A stretch of 32,000 nucleotides of DNA from Methylophaga frappieri (GTDB taxonomy: Bacteria > Pseudomonadota > Gammaproteobacteria > Nitrosococcales > Methylophagaceae), in assembly GCF_000260965.1 (NCBI RefSeq), contig NC_017856.1, positions 120,001 to 152,000 on the forward strand. Direction: 5' to 3'. The notes beneath the pieces are model-generated. The model saw only the letters and a list, made by a program, of their open reading frames with translations, had not been told where the DNA came from and searched no databases. Positions 17,478 through 30,265 of the stretch are shown here, in pieces (the stretch's first letter is position 1; each line of letters starts with the position of its first letter). Made by a program: the position numbers and the translations under genes.

Positions 17478-17678
17478 CTAGCCTCCTGTTATCGGTGACA
17501 GAATTTCGATGCGATCACCCTCATGTAGCCGATACTGTTGCAACGCAGTTTTAGGCACCACCACCCCATTGACGACAGCGACAAAACACCCCGTATTGAG
17601 CTGCGCTTGGGTCAGCACCTCGTCCAGAGTCATGTCTTTGGCGAAAATCTCTGACTTCTCATTAAGTATAATTTGCAT
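17478..17678 (-). CDS. thiS: Sulfur carrier protein ThiS
   Basis: 66 aa ubiquitin-like protein ending in GG. ATG at 17678 is preceded by AAGGTAGGA. The track start at 17681 is GTG. Confidence 0.9.
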   Translation of the reverse strand: MQIILNEKSEIFAKDMTLDEVLTQAQLNTGCFVAVVNGVVVPKTALQQYRLHEGDRIEILSPITGG

Positions 17679-18735
17679 CACGTCCTACCTTATTTGAACT
17701 GGCTAGCTGTGCCAGTAAACGTTCAATCATGATTGGGGCCAATAAATAACCATGCCGATAAAAACCATTAAGTTGAACGCCCCAGGGTTGCTGCTGAATC
17801 AGCGGTAAATGATCCGGCATTGCCGGGCGACAATGCGCCTGCATTTCGACAATACGCGCCTCGGCAAAGCCAGTATCAATTGTGTATAACGCGGAGAATA
17901 ATTCCATCGCACTGCGAACACTGACCGGGCTACGGTCCGCAGTTTCAATAATCGTCGCACCAATCACATAGTGTTGATTCGGTCGCGGCACTAAATAGAG
18001 TGGATACCGGGGATGTAATAACCGCACACAATGTGAAATCGAAACCGCCGGAGCATGTACTCGAATCACCTCGCCCCGCACACTGCGTAATGACGCAATA
18101 TCAGCACGACTGCCATTACCGCGGCAATCAATAACCAGCGTGAAATCATCCCGTTTTTTGTTCAACGTCGTCTGGCATAAATGGTCAAGTGTCGCGGCAT
18201 CTAAATGTTCAACCGGTGAAATACGCCGCCAGTCGGCTCGCACTTTTAAAAACGCGGTCAATGACCGAAATAATTGCCGGTTATCTAGGCAACCCTCGTC
18301 ATCAAACCAGATAGCCCGAGAAAAGTGGTCCGCCAAAGCAGGCAATTTATCGCGCATGGCGTGACCCGTTAAATATTGAAAGTCAGAAGGCGTCAAGGTA
18401 TGCATTGCTCGTTGATAATAACGTTCAAATTCCACGTTATCGGAATCATGCGCCACCACCGCGGTCCCACAGCGTGGAAAAAATACTGGCTCGGGCAATG
18501 CGTCCAGCCAACGATCCCAGATCGCCAGACTTTCACTTGCCAGATCGCGCAGATGCCGACCCTCCGTCACCGCCTCAGCATAAGGCGCCACCATCGCAGC
18601 GGCGACATAACCGGCACTGTCCGTGCCCCTAAAATCGTCACTGGAGAGAATTGTCACTTGATGACCCGCATGTAATAACCGCCATGCGGTCAATCTACCG
18701 ATGAGTCCACTGCCAATAATCAGATAATGTGCCAT
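17662..18735 (-). CDS. thiO: Glycine oxidase ThiO (FAD-dependent oxidoreductase)
   Basis: N-terminal FAD fold YLIIGSGLIGRLTAWRL. Positioned between thiC and thiS. ATG at 18735 verified; the track start at 18837 overlaps the thiC 3' end. Confidence 0.85.
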   Translation of the reverse strand: MAHYLIIGSGLIGRLTAWRLLHAGHQVTILSSDDFRGTDSAGYVAAAMVAPYAEAVTEGRHLRDLASESLAIWDRWLDALPEPVFFPRCGTAVVAHDSDNVEFERYYQRAMHTLTPSDFQYLTGHAMRDKLPALADHFSRAIWFDDEGCLDNRQLFRSLTAFLKVRADWRRISPVEHLDAATLDHLCQTTLNKKRDDFTLVIDCRGNGSRADIASLRSVRGEVIRVHAPAVSISHCVRLLHPRYPLYLVPRPNQHYVIGATIIETADRSPVSVRSAMELFSALYTIDTGFAEARIVEMQAHCRPAMPDHLPLIQQQPWGVQLNGFYRHGYLLAPIMIERLLAQLASSNKVGRDANYT

Positions 18736-18760
18736 ATCAAACGCCGCAATGATGCGCTGA

Positions 18761-20620
<1,860 letters not shown>

Positions 20621-20692
20621 TCAGCGAACAAGGGATGAGTACCTACGGCGGCTACCTGCAGACGTAACTGTATCGCAGACCGAAAATACCGG

Positions 20693-20790
20693 CTTGTTTC
20701 CTACGGAGGTCTTAACCTCTTCAGGTTCAACGGGTTTCATCTCAGCCACATTTGAAAATGCAAACGGGCACCCCGACAAGTTTTTTTATG
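20693..20790 (-). promoter_or_regulatory. TPP (THI-box) riboswitch aptamer upstream of thiC
   Basis: Minus-strand RNA is CUUGUCGGGGUGCCC...GGCUGAGAUGAAACCCGUUGAACCUGAAGAGGUUAAGACCUCCGUAGGAAACAAG. It carries the universal GGGGUGC, CUGAGA, ACCUGA and CGUAGGAA elements. P1 is closed by CUUGU/ACAAG. Confidence 0.92.
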
Positions 20791-20960
20791 CTAAACCAAT
20801 TGCCTGATTTTGTGCAAACGCATTGTATTTTTTGCTGGGTGAACACTATCAACAGGCCAGGGCTTATCATTGCCAATTCGCTGGCTGACCTTATGTCAGC
20901 ACTCGTCCAGCATGCTCTTCTAATGCTATTATCTAACGGTGAACAGATTGGTCGCGGCGC

Positions 20961-21515
20961 ATGACAGACGAAAAAAAACATGACATCGCAGATGACGCTG
21001 CCTTATTTCGTCAAGAAGTCGCTGATGCGGCACCGCTGCGCGCGAGTAATCGGATTAATCCACCCAAGGTTGCCACAAAAATTCAGCGACACCAGACTGC
21101 GCCGCCATTGACTGATCCGGCCCCCGGCTTTTCTGACATGGTCGCAGATACCCTGGTTGGTAATGAAGAAGTATTGTTATTTAAACGTCCCGGAATTCAA
21201 CATCGGCAATTTGCCAAGCTGCGTGCTGGTAAAATTCATATTGAGGCCGAGTTGGATCTACATGGACTCACCTCAGATCGAGCGGAACCAATGCTGGCTG
21301 AATTTCTCATGGCTTGTCTACAACAACAGATTCGCTGTGTTCGTATTATTCACGGCAAAGGCTGGAGTTCGCGGGATAATCTGCCTATTTTGAAAAGCAA
21401 GGTGAACACCTGGCTGCGACAACATCCTTCGGTACTGGCTTTTGCCAGTGCCACCGTTAATGACGGTGGCTCGGGTGCCCTGTACATATTATTAAAACGT
21501 CACTACGCTGAATAA
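20961..21515 (+). CDS. Smr/MutS2-type small endonuclease domain protein
   Basis: C-terminal Smr domain: ELDLHGLTSDRAEPMLAEFL...VRIIHGKGWSS...LKSKVNTWL. Confidence 0.85.
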   Translation: MTDEKKHDIADDAALFRQEVADAAPLRASNRINPPKVATKIQRHQTAPPLTDPAPGFSDMVADTLVGNEEVLLFKRPGIQHRQFAKLRAGKIHIEAELDLHGLTSDRAEPMLAEFLMACLQQQIRCVRIIHGKGWSSRDNLPILKSKVNTWLRQHPSVLAFASATVNDGGSGALYILLKRHYAE

Positions 21516-21543
21516 ACATCAGGCGTATAGCTGGGACTAATTG

Positions 21544-22191
21544 CTAGGTGTGCTTAAATTGGCCATGCTTTAAAAAATGATGAGTCTGCTGTTGGACTTC
21601 AGCACTGTTCATAATGAAAGTATGACTTCGCCTCACCGTAATGCTGTCGCACATCCCCACCAGTTTTGTGCTGGCAACCGATACCTTGCCATCGTGGGGT
21701 TTCGGTAGATAACGGGAAAACAAACACAGGCCAGCTCTGTCTCCGGCAATGATACCGGCATTGAAACTTGCCTTACCTAATGCTGCTGGTAATGCACCCT
21801 CATGCGTGGACAGCTGTTGACCTGCAGGCCCAATTAGCTGACTAAATAAAGACCATTTCGCCAACCTGTCGACAATTTCACTGCCTTGATTAGGTGGGGC
21901 CAACATCACAACATGACCGAGTATTAAGCTGGGATGCTGACGCGCCAAACACCTGACAATCATAGCGCCCATAGAATGCGTGACAAAATGAACCGGCTTT
22001 GACGGTTCAAGATTTGTCAGCTTGGGTAAGACATGGTTTGTTGCGAGTTGTTCGATTGGATAGCGTCGGCTTGGATACGACAAATTTAAGGTTTCAAAAC
22101 CTGATTTTTGTAAAAATCGATCCATATTCCGCATGCTGTACCGGCTTCTTAGCAAGCCGTGTAGCAATACCACTTGGGGCGCGTCAGTCAT
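21544..22191 (-). CDS. Alpha/beta-fold hydrolase (esterase/lipase-like)
   Basis: VVLLHGL oxyanion region and nucleophile elbow THSMG. 215 aa. Its ATG overlaps the upstream TerC stop by 8 nt. Confidence 0.75.
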   Translation of the reverse strand: MTDAPQVVLLHGLLRSRYSMRNMDRFLQKSGFETLNLSYPSRRYPIEQLATNHVLPKLTNLEPSKPVHFVTHSMGAMIVRCLARQHPSLILGHVVMLAPPNQGSEIVDRLAKWSLFSQLIGPAGQQLSTHEGALPAALGKASFNAGIIAGDRAGLCLFSRYLPKPHDGKVSVASTKLVGMCDSITVRRSHTFIMNSAEVQQQTHHFLKHGQFKHT

Positions 22192-22945
22192 CTTGTTGAT
22201 CCGGAAGCCGCCGATTTAACTGCACTGGCTGATGCCGTTTTCGGATACGGATATTCAACATTTCCACAACGACAGAAAAAGCCATAGCAAAATAAATGTA
22301 GCCTTTTGGTATATGCAGCCCCAAGCCTTCTGCCATCAAGGTAAAGCCTATCAAAATAAGAAAACTAAGTGCCAAGATTTTAATCGTTGGGTGTGTATCA
22401 ACAAAATCACCGATTGTTTTGGCAGAAAACATCATCACAACAACGGCAATGATGATCGCGATAATCATGATACTGACCTGCTCGACCAAGCCCACCGCAG
22501 TAATTACCGAGTCCAGTGAAAAAACAAGATCAATAATCGCAATTTGAGTAATGACGGCTGCAAAACTGGTTGTATAAACAAGTGGCTGGTGAGGGTCTGG
22601 TCTATTTCCCGCCTCAAGGCTGTGATGAATTTCATGGGTACTTTTCGCCAATAAGAACAGACCACCGGCAAGTAAAATTAAATCTCGACCACTAAACGTT
22701 TGTGCTAACACCGAAAATAACGGCTGCGTTAATCCCATAATCCACGTCAACACCAGTAGGAGCAGGATGCGTGTGCCCATTGCCAAACCAAGCCCAATCA
22801 ATCTGGCCTGTTGACGTTGTTCGGGCGGCAATCGACTGACCAGCACCGAAATAAAGATAATATTGTCAATGCCCAGCACAATTTCCAATGCCGTCAGGGT
22901 TGCGAGTGCAATCCAGAGATTGGGGTCAGAAAGCCATTCCATCAT
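22184..22945 (-). CDS. TerC-family integral membrane protein
   Basis: ALEIVLGIDNIIFISVL and a second DLVFSLDSVITAVG repeat, typical of the TerC family. Multi-TM, 253 aa. Confidence 0.85.
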   Translation of the reverse strand: MMEWLSDPNLWIALATLTALEIVLGIDNIIFISVLVSRLPPEQRQQARLIGLGLAMGTRILLLLVLTWIMGLTQPLFSVLAQTFSGRDLILLAGGLFLLAKSTHEIHHSLEAGNRPDPHQPLVYTTSFAAVITQIAIIDLVFSLDSVITAVGLVEQVSIMIIAIIIAVVVMMFSAKTIGDFVDTHPTIKILALSFLILIGFTLMAEGLGLHIPKGYIYFAMAFSVVVEMLNIRIRKRHQPVQLNRRLPDQQDD

Positions 22946-23029
22946 TGTCGCTCCGCCAAGTTGATGACGGTATTCAAGCAGTAATAGCAGGTTTCAGCAA
23001 GCCGTGTTTCTTGCCTCTAAAATATGCGT

Positions 23030-25192
23030 TTAGTGGTCTGATTCAGACGGCGGGAATACCGCCATCTCGATGCAATTGCGTCCTGCCATTTTGGCGCGGT
23101 ACAGCGTTTTATCCGCCTGCAGCAACAAATCCTCTGGTAAGTCGCCCACGCCTCGCCAACACGCGATACCGATAGAAAGTGTCAGCGCGGCCAGATCGCG
23201 TCCCTGATACGAAATTTTTCGTGCAGCAATCTTCAGTAACAAATCCCGAGCACGATTGTATGCCGCTTGGGCACTGGCACCAGGCATTAATACCACAAAT
23301 TCTTCCCCGCCATAGCGACAGGGAATATCGGTTTCTCGAAAGTGTTCCAGCATTTGAGTGGCCACACTGCGCAATGCCATATCACCCGCTTCGTGACCAA
23401 AGGTGTCGTTAAAGTTTTTAAAAAAATCGATATCACACATCATTACTGAAAGCGGCTGTTGATACCGTTGTGCCAATTGATATTCACGAGGCAAAGCATC
23501 ATCAAGATAACGACGGTTTTTCAGTCCGGTCAGGGCATCTTCAAACGACATTTTTTGCAGGTTTTCGCGTAACCTGATGCTGCTCAGTGTAATCCCTAAT
23601 CGTTCGGTCACACGATTCATAAAACCAGAAATAACCTGTGCACTTTCCTGATCCTGAGTTAACCTCTCGTCATTTGAAATGATGAGATGAGGTACTTTAT
23701 GACCCTGCAAATCATCAATCACAACAATACGATGATGTCGGCCTTGCGGCCGTTCTGATCGGCTTAAGGTTCCGACTGGCTGGGCGCGGAAAACCCAGGG
23801 CTTGAAGACCTCATGAATCCCCTCACAAACCAGACGCGTAGCAGTCTGCACCTCATTGCACTGCTGCATTTTGCCGATCAACTGCTCCAGTCGGAGACTG
23901 AATTCATTGATGCGTAATAACTGCTGAGATCGTTCCATTTCACGATCAACGTACCCTTGTAATTCGGCTGTTCTTGCCATGACATGGGACTCGAGATCAT
24001 TGTTCATTCTCTCCAATGCTGTTTGTAATTGTTTAAAGTGTGATAAAGACACCATGGAAACAATCAACGCAAATAACAGCGCCCCTAAAGCCAATGGAAA
24101 GTCCACCCATGGGGTAAACCCATGCGCAATCAACATATCTGCAAACAGGAATGCGGCGTAGATAAAAAAGGCCAACATCACCATACGTTGCTCGAATTTA
24201 TATTGACGATAATGATGTAATGCCAGTCCGGTCATCAAAATACAGGTGACGATAAAAAGCAGGTCAAAAGCGGGATAAAAAATGGACAGATTCACCAAGC
24301 CAGACAAGGAGAGGCCCAACGCGATGCTCAGAAATAGGACGTGAATTAAAGCTAATGTGCGAAAAGCCCACTGGTCACTGCGCTGGCACCAGTGACTTAG
24401 GAGCATGGCAATAAATACGGGCGTCAAAAAATAACACATCGCTGCCAGATAAACTTTTAACAACGGTGCGGAAGCGATGAGTTGCAACAGTTGGCTTTCA
24501 CCAAGCAAATTACCGGCGGTCACCAGTGCAAAACAGCCGAGGTAAAAAAAGCCGCCATTTTCGCGCCGCATAAATGCAAAAATTAGCGCCGTAATCCCCA
24601 GCAGCAACAGGAAGCCTGCAATCAGAAGTTCATCAAAACCATCACGGATAAGGTGCAAATGCAGATCCGAACGCTCGGTCAGCCAGATGTCGCCCCAAAG
24701 TCCGATTTCCGTGTAATCAGAAAAGATTTTTAAGGTCAGCGTTTTGCCTGCAGCATCCGGCGGCAACGGAATTTCATGCCATGGCCAGCCGATAAATTGT
24801 GGCGCTGAATCAGCAGTAACTTCGCCAAACTGGTAAATCTTTTGGCCGTCAAGATAGGCTGCAATGGTTAAATCAACACTGGTAATGTAAATAACCGGTT
24901 CTTGAAAATGATGCGTTGGTAGCGTCGTCTTTAACCACAAAAATGCCTCTCCGTTCCGGTCTGGCGGATTGGCGGGAAAGGTCAGCGACTGCCAGTTTTG
25001 ATTATCCGTATGGACCGACGCTGCCGACACATCTCCCCATTGGTAATACCATGGCTGTTGACTCAATACCTGACGCTCTGGTGGCGCCGCCCAACTTAAG
25101 GTGCTGGTCAGTAAACAAAGCCAACCTAAACAGCACAGCCCGGCTTTAAGCCGTCCCTCACTGCCAGCCCAGATCAAGCAAGGCAGCCACAT
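23030..25192 (-). CDS. Diguanylate cyclase with 7TMR-DISM extracellular and 7-TM sensor module, a central GAF-like region and a GGDEF domain
   Basis: Signal-like N-terminus, an extracellular region of about 170 aa and seven hydrophobic segments. Then a coiled coil and a C-terminal GGDEF domain (LTGLKNRRYL, RYGGEEF) with an RxxD I-site (RETD) 5 residues upstream. Confidence 0.88.
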   Translation of the reverse strand: MWLPCLIWAGSEGRLKAGLCCLGWLCLLTSTLSWAAPPERQVLSQQPWYYQWGDVSAASVHTDNQNWQSLTFPANPPDRNGEAFLWLKTTLPTHHFQEPVIYITSVDLTIAAYLDGQKIYQFGEVTADSAPQFIGWPWHEIPLPPDAAGKTLTLKIFSDYTEIGLWGDIWLTERSDLHLHLIRDGFDELLIAGFLLLLGITALIFAFMRRENGGFFYLGCFALVTAGNLLGESQLLQLIASAPLLKVYLAAMCYFLTPVFIAMLLSHWCQRSDQWAFRTLALIHVLFLSIALGLSLSGLVNLSIFYPAFDLLFIVTCILMTGLALHHYRQYKFEQRMVMLAFFIYAAFLFADMLIAHGFTPWVDFPLALGALLFALIVSMVSLSHFKQLQTALERMNNDLESHVMARTAELQGYVDREMERSQQLLRINEFSLRLEQLIGKMQQCNEVQTATRLVCEGIHEVFKPWVFRAQPVGTLSRSERPQGRHHRIVVIDDLQGHKVPHLIISNDERLTQDQESAQVISGFMNRVTERLGITLSSIRLRENLQKMSFEDALTGLKNRRYLDDALPREYQLAQRYQQPLSVMMCDIDFFKNFNDTFGHEAGDMALRSVATQMLEHFRETDIPCRYGGEEFVVLMPGASAQAAYNRARDLLLKIAARKISYQGRDLAALTLSIGIACWRGVGDLPEDLLLQADKTLYRAKMAGRNCIEMAVFPPSESDH

Positions 25193-25198
25193 AACGTC

Positions 25199-28100
25199 TC
25201 AGTTCACCCAGCGTCGTGCGTTCTGGAAGAGGCGCAGCCAAGGGCTATCATCTTGCCACTGCGGTGGATGCCATGAATGTTGCACACTGCGAATCACACG
25301 CTCGGGATGCGGCATCATGATAGTGACTCGACCATCGGTCGTGGTAAAGCCAGTCTGCCCCGCAGCTGAACCGTTCGGATTAAATGGATAGGCTTCTGTC
25401 GGCTGACCATAATGATCAACATAGCGCAGTGCGCTCAGCGCCTGACTCATATCGCCCGTTTCATTGAAATCGACTCGACCCTCGCCATGTGCTACCGCAA
25501 TTGGCATCATCGAGCCGGCCATATCCGCCAACAGAATTGATGGCGATGCCGTCACCTCCACCAGCGACAAACGGGCTTCAAACTGTTCAGACAGATTTCG
25601 GCTAAATCTGGGCCAATGATCACTGCCAGGGATTAATGCTTTTAGTTGTGACAGCATCTGACAACCATTGCAGACACCCAGTGCAAAAGAGTCCGTGCGT
25701 GCAAAAAAGGCACTAAAGACGTCACGCGCTCGCGTGTTGAACAAAATAGTCCCAGCCCAACCACGACCAGCGCCCAACACATCACCATAAGAAAATCCGC
25801 CACAGGCCACCAGCCCTTTCATGTCCGTAAGGTCAATACGGCCGTTGATGATATCGCTCATATGGACATCAATCGCCGCGAAGCCGGCACGATCAAAAGC
25901 AGCGGCCATTTCCATCTGACCATTGACACCCTGCTCACGTAAAATTGCAATTTTGGGTTTGGCGCCGAAATTGATCTGAGGCAGCTCAATCGGGCTCGCC
26001 AAATCAAAGCTTAACCGCGCCGATAGCCCCGGATCGGCTTCATCTGCGATGGTCGCAAACTCTTGTTCCGCACAAGCGGGATTATCTCGCAACGCCTGCA
26101 TTTGATAACTGGTTTCTGCCCACCACTGTTGCATTTGCCGACGAGGTAAATCCAGCAAGACGGTTTCATCCATCTTGACGCTAATCTGCTGATTGGCAAC
26201 TGGCTCACCGATAGCATGGCAATACTTCTCTAACTCGTATTGCTGCAACACCACCATCACTGTAGACAAGTGTTGCTCCTCAACCTGCATCACCACACCG
26301 AGTTCTTCATTGAACAACATGGCCAACGGATCCGCCAGCGCCGGCAGCGTGATATCCAGACCACAACGCGCCGCAAAAGCCATCTCAGCCAAAGTCGCCA
26401 GTAAGCCACCGTCACTGCGATCGTGATAGGCCAGCAACAAACGGTCTTGTTTTAAGCGCTGCATGGCTTTGAAAAACTGTTTCAAAATTTGCGGATTATC
26501 GACATCCGGTGTTTGATTTCCGGTTTGTTGATAAACTTGCGCCAAAGCTGATCCGGCCAGCCGATGTTGACCTTGTCCCAGGTCCAGATACAGCAAATGC
26601 GTTTGTCCCAAGTCAGTCCGAAGCTGCGGGGTCAGTGTTTTGCTGGCATCAACGACTGGCGCAAAGGCACTGATAATCAGCGACAGGGGCGAGACAACGG
26701 ATTTTTTTGTCTCGTTGTCGTGCCAGACCGTTTTCATTGACAAAGAATCTTTGCCAACCGGAATAGCAATACCTAATTCAGGACAAAGCGACATACCGAC
26801 TGCTTTAACTGTGTCATAAAGCAGCGCATCTTCACCCTCATGGCCACACGCTGCCATCCAGTTTGCTGATAATTTAATATCACTCAAGGCTGCAATATCA
26901 GCAGCGGCAATATTGGTGATGGCTTCACCAATAGCCATTCTGCCCGATGCTGGCGCGTCAATAACGGCAAGCGGTGTGCGCTCGCCCATCGACATGGCTT
27001 CACCCTGCAGACCATGATGATCCGCTAATGTCACGGCACAATCAGCAACCGGTACCTGCCACGGACCCACCATCTGATCTCGCGCAACAAGCCCAGTAAT
27101 ACTGCGATCACCAATGGTAATCAAAAAGGATTTACTGGCGACGGCAGGTAATTTCAGCACCCGTTCTGTCGCTTCTACAAGGCTGACTCCGTCAAGATTC
27201 AGATCCGGTTTTGGATTATGCTGATGTCGCACATCGCGAAGCATTTTGGGCGGTTTGCCCAATAACAACGACAACGGCATATCAATCGGCTTATTGTCAA
27301 AATGCGTATCACGCAGTAACAGATGCTGTTCTGCCGTCGTTTCGCCAACAATCGCCCAAGGGCAACGCTCGCGCTCACAAATCGTTTTAAATACTTCGAC
27401 GTGTTCTGCTGCAACCCCCAGCACATAACGCTCTTGCGATTCATTACACCAGATTTCCATTGGCGACATGCCCGGCTCATCATTGGGAATAGCGCGCAAT
27501 TCAAATTGTCCACCACGACCACTATCATCGACGAGTTCAGGGAAAGCATTTGACAAGCCACCAGCGCCCACATCATGGACGGAGACGATCGGATTATGGT
27601 CATCTAAGGCAACGCACCGATCAATCACTTCCTGACAGCGACGCTGCATTTCCGGATTGCCCCGTTGCACAGAGGCAAAATCGAGTCCCTCCTCACTGGT
27701 GCCCGAGGTAACCGATGAGGCGGCACCGCCACCCAGCCCGATTAGCATGGCAGGCCCACCCAGTACAATGAGTTGGGTCCCCGGTTGCATGATGTGTTTT
27801 TCAACATGCTGTGGGCGAATTGAGCCCAAACCGCCGGCAACCATAATTGGCTTGTGATAACCTCTTACTTCAACGCCATTTTCAGTCTCAACTTGCGCTT
27901 CATAGGTTCGGAAATAACCACACAGGTTGGGCCGACCAAATTCGTTATTGAAGGCAGCGCCGCCCAATGGGCCATCCAACATGATTTGCAGCGCTGAGGC
28001 CATTCTGGCAGGTTTGCCATAGGCCAGCTCCCAAGGCTGTTCAAAGCCTGGAATATGCAGATTGGAAACAGAAAACCCGGTCAAACCGGCTTTTGGCTTG

Positions 28101-29083
28101 GATCCCCGACCGGTCGCGCCTTCATCTCGAATTTCGCCCCCGGATCCTGTTGCTGCGCCGGGGAATGGCGAAATCGCCGTTGGGTGATTATGAGTCTCCA
28201 CCTTCATCAAAATGTGTTGCACTTCACCTTGATAGTGATAACCGCTGTCTGCCATATCAACCTGAAAGCGTTGGCTGTGAAAGCCACCAATCACTGAGGA
28301 ATTATCGCTGTACGCCTTCACCACACCTTCCGGATGTTGTTCATGGGTGTAGCGAATCATGTCGAACAGACTGCGATCCTGTTGCTTGCCATCTATGATC
28401 CAGTCGGCACGAAAAATCTTGTGGCGACAATGTTCTGAGTTAGCCTGCGCAAACATCATCAATTCGATATCGTGTGGGTTACGATGCAATGCCGTAAAGT
28501 TCTCAAACAAATAATCGATTTCATCTTCTGCCAAGGCCAGTCCCATCGACTGATTTGCCTGAGCCAGAGCATCTCGTCCACCACCTAGCATATCAATGGT
28601 CTGTAATACACGCGGTGGGGTGTGATGGAATAACTGATCGACGGCATCGGCCGTCTCCCAGACATGATCGGTCATACGGTCATGCAATTTGCCAGCGACC
28701 CAGCGTTTCTCTTCTTCGGTTAAGGCCTGTGATGCCGTGATGGTGAAACAAATACCTCGCTCAACACGTTTAATCGCGGTTAAACCACTGTTATGTACAA
28801 TATCTGTGGCTTTACTTGACCAAGGTGAAATTGTCCCGGGACGCGGCGTGACCAATAACAGCGACTCATTTTCGGCAAGCTGTGGCTGGTTTTCGGTTGC
28901 TTCGAGCAACTCTAGCAAAGTGACCTTATCCTGAGGATCCAGCGTTCGGTCATCGGCCAGCTCGGCAAAATAACGATAGTCACTTCGCAACGTCGTTACA
29001 ACGGGTAATTCACTGCGAATGCTGCGGAGTAATTTTTCGATGCGAAAAGCAGAAAAAGCCGACCGGCCGGAAAATTGCTGCAT
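25199..29083 (-). CDS. purL: Phosphoribosylformylglycinamidine synthase (large single-chain form)
   Basis: 1294 aa. [26 protein letters not shown], and a C-terminal glutaminase domain with GVCNGCQM and MPHPER. Confidence 0.98.
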   Translation of the reverse strand: MQQFSGRSAFSAFRIEKLLRSIRSELPVVTTLRSDYRYFAELADDRTLDPQDKVTLLELLEATENQPQLAENESLLLVTPRPGTISPWSSKATDIVHNSGLTAIKRVERGICFTITASQALTEEEKRWVAGKLHDRMTDHVWETADAVDQLFHHTPPRVLQTIDMLGGGRDALAQANQSMGLALAEDEIDYLFENFTALHRNPHDIELMMFAQANSEHCRHKIFRADWIIDGKQQDRSLFDMIRYTHEQHPEGVVKAYSDNSSVIGGFHSQRFQVDMADSGYHYQGEVQHILMKVETHNHPTAISPFPGAATGSGGEIRDEGATGRGSKPKAGLTGFSVSNLHIPGFEQPWELAYGKPARMASALQIMLDGPLGGAAFNNEFGRPNLCGYFRTYEAQVETENGVEVRGYHKPIMVAGGLGSIRPQHVEKHIMQPGTQLIVLGGPAMLIGLGGGAASSVTSGTSEEGLDFASVQRGNPEMQRRCQEVIDRCVALDDHNPIVSVHDVGAGGLSNAFPELVDDSGRGGQFELRAIPNDEPGMSPMEIWCNESQERYVLGVAAEHVEVFKTICERERCPWAIVGETTAEQHLLLRDTHFDNKPIDMPLSLLLGKPPKMLRDVRHQHNPKPDLNLDGVSLVEATERVLKLPAVASKSFLITIGDRSITGLVARDQMVGPWQVPVADCAVTLADHHGLQGEAMSMGERTPLAVIDAPASGRMAIGEAITNIAAADIAALSDIKLSANWMAACGHEGEDALLYDTVKAVGMSLCPELGIAIPVGKDSLSMKTVWHDNETKKSVVSPLSLIISAFAPVVDASKTLTPQLRTDLGQTHLLYLDLGQGQHRLAGSALAQVYQQTGNQTPDVDNPQILKQFFKAMQRLKQDRLLLAYHDRSDGGLLATLAEMAFAARCGLDITLPALADPLAMLFNEELGVVMQVEEQHLSTVMVVLQQYELEKYCHAIGEPVANQQISVKMDETVLLDLPRRQMQQWWAETSYQMQALRDNPACAEQEFATIADEADPGLSARLSFDLASPIELPQINFGAKPKIAILREQGVNGQMEMAAAFDRAGFAAIDVHMSDIINGRIDLTDMKGLVACGGFSYGDVLGAGRGWAGTILFNTRARDVFSAFFARTDSFALGVCNGCQMLSQLKALIPGSDHWPRFSRNLSEQFEARLSLVEVTASPSILLADMAGSMMPIAVAHGEGRVDFNETGDMSQALSALRYVDHYGQPTEAYPFNPNGSAAGQTGFTTTDGRVTIMMPHPERVIRSVQHSWHPPQWQDDSPWLRLFQNARRWVN

Positions 29084-29163
29084 GTCAAACCTGATTTACT
29101 GAATTGGAAAGCGGATATGATACTTTATAGGCTATTTTTCGCCCAATAAAATTGAGCCAATTC

Positions 29164-29613
29164 ATGCCTGAAACTGAGCAAACAAGCCGTCGCCCAAGTC
29201 CACTTAGGATGGTGGCTATTCTGTTTTACGATACCTTGCTGCTAATTTCTGCGCTGTTAGTCGCCGCGGGCATTGCCGTAGCACTTAATGGTGGTGATGC
29301 GATCAGTGCGCAAAATCCCTTCTTTTTGCTGTACTTGCTTGGCGTGATTTTTGTGTTTTACGGCTGGTTCTGGACACATGGCGGACAAACTTTAGGAATG
29401 CGCGCCTGGCAAGTCTATCTAGTCAGCCAAGGGACAACCGGTATCAGTTGGCCGCAAGCGGCGATACGCTTCACTGTGGCAATATTGTCATGGTTGCCGA
29501 TGGGGCTGGGGTTCTGGTGGCAGTGGCTTAGCCCGGACAAATTGAGCTGGCATGATATGGCTTCAGGCAGTGAATTGATTCTTTATCAACGGAAAAAATC
29601 AGCGCCTTCCTGA
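29164..29613 (+). CDS. RDD-family membrane protein
   Basis: Small 3-TM protein with R..A..YD and W...GQTLGMRAW pattern. The track start at 29152 is TTG; the first ATG is at 29164. Confidence 0.7.
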   Translation: MPETEQTSRRPSPLRMVAILFYDTLLLISALLVAAGIAVALNGGDAISAQNPFFLLYLLGVIFVFYGWFWTHGGQTLGMRAWQVYLVSQGTTGISWPQAAIRFTVAILSWLPMGLGFWWQWLSPDKLSWHDMASGSELILYQRKKSAPS

Positions 29614-29620
29614 CTGCAAA

Positions 29621-29848
29621 TCAATCACTGAGTCTCTCCAGTTTCCGTAACTTGAACTGACTGTCGAAAACCAGCGAGAATCGGCCATGAACACCCTGTT
29701 GATCAATGTACTGGCGCAAATGTGACGCCGGAAATTGCACCGATTGACCGTTTTCTGCAACCGCCCAGACCGCGAGCACTTCTCCCCGGTAATAGCGCAT
29801 CGCCTCCTTGGTATCAATGGCCAGTTTAAGCGTGAGTCTGTTGTCCAC
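29621..29848 (-). CDS. DUF2835-family small protein
   Basis: LTLKLAIDTKEAMRYYRGEVLAVWAVAENGQSVQFPASHLRQYIDQQGVHGRFSLVFD fits my memory of DUF2835. The start is uncertain. GTG at 29848 gives 75 aa and a 23-nt overlap with the HIT gene; track start 29962 and an ATG at 29908 would overlap it much more. Confidence 0.6.
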   Translation of the reverse strand: MDNRLTLKLAIDTKEAMRYYRGEVLAVWAVAENGQSVQFPASHLRQYIDQQGVHGRFSLVFDSQFKLRKLERLSD

Positions 29849-30263
29849 TGACCCAAAACCCGTCCAGCATTTCACGTAACTGTGATAGCGTTTGATCCGC
29901 AGTTTCATCAGTAAATTGGTCAGCATCACCTTGACCCCATACCGGCAACGGCCACGCTGCATCGGACTGAAACCGGGCGATCACATGCATGTGCAATTGT
30001 GGCACCTGATTGCCTAACGCCGCTAAATTAATTTTATCTGCGTGACTTAACTTCTTCAGTTTTTCAGCGACCAGAGCACTTTCATGCCAGAACTGTTGTT
30101 GATCTTTCATGTTTAACTCAAACACCTCCGACACCGCATCTCGACGTGGCACCATTATCAGCCAGGTGAATCGTGCATCCTTCATCAGCAAAACCTGACA
30201 TAGCGGCAAATCACCGACCGGAAAAGTATCGTTTTTCAACTGTGGATGTAGCTTAAATGCCAT
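29826..30263 (-). CDS. HIT (histidine triad) family protein
   Basis: Histidine-triad region VPQLHMHVIARF. ATG at 30263 lies 2 nt after the pepN TGA. The track start at 30269 is TTG. Confidence 0.8.
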   Translation of the reverse strand: MAFKLHPQLKNDTFPVGDLPLCQVLLMKDARFTWLIMVPRRDAVSEVFELNMKDQQQFWHESALVAEKLKKLSHADKINLAALGNQVPQLHMHVIARFQSDAAWPLPVWGQGDADQFTDETADQTLSQLREMLDGFWVSGQQTHA

Positions 30264-30265
30264 GT

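Noticed and set aside
20742-20981. Two overlapping ORFs of about 70-79 aa on opposite strands between thiC and the Smr gene
   Set aside because: They lie across the TPP riboswitch aptamer and the divergent promoter region. There is no RBS or recognisable protein features, so the RNA element explains the conservation-like structure.
22946-23029. Possible yybP-ykoY (manganese) riboswitch ahead of the TerC-family gene
   Set aside because: I read the 84-nt leader on the minus strand. It has only a weak 5-bp hairpin (GCAAG/CUUGC) and none of the conserved riboswitch elements I remember. It is also too short for the four-helix motif.
29599-29856. 85-aa minus-strand ORF overlapping the RDD gene end and DUF2835
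   Set aside because: It is out of frame with the DUF2835 reading frame, which has clear family resemblance. Its sequence is R/C/S-rich with no start context.
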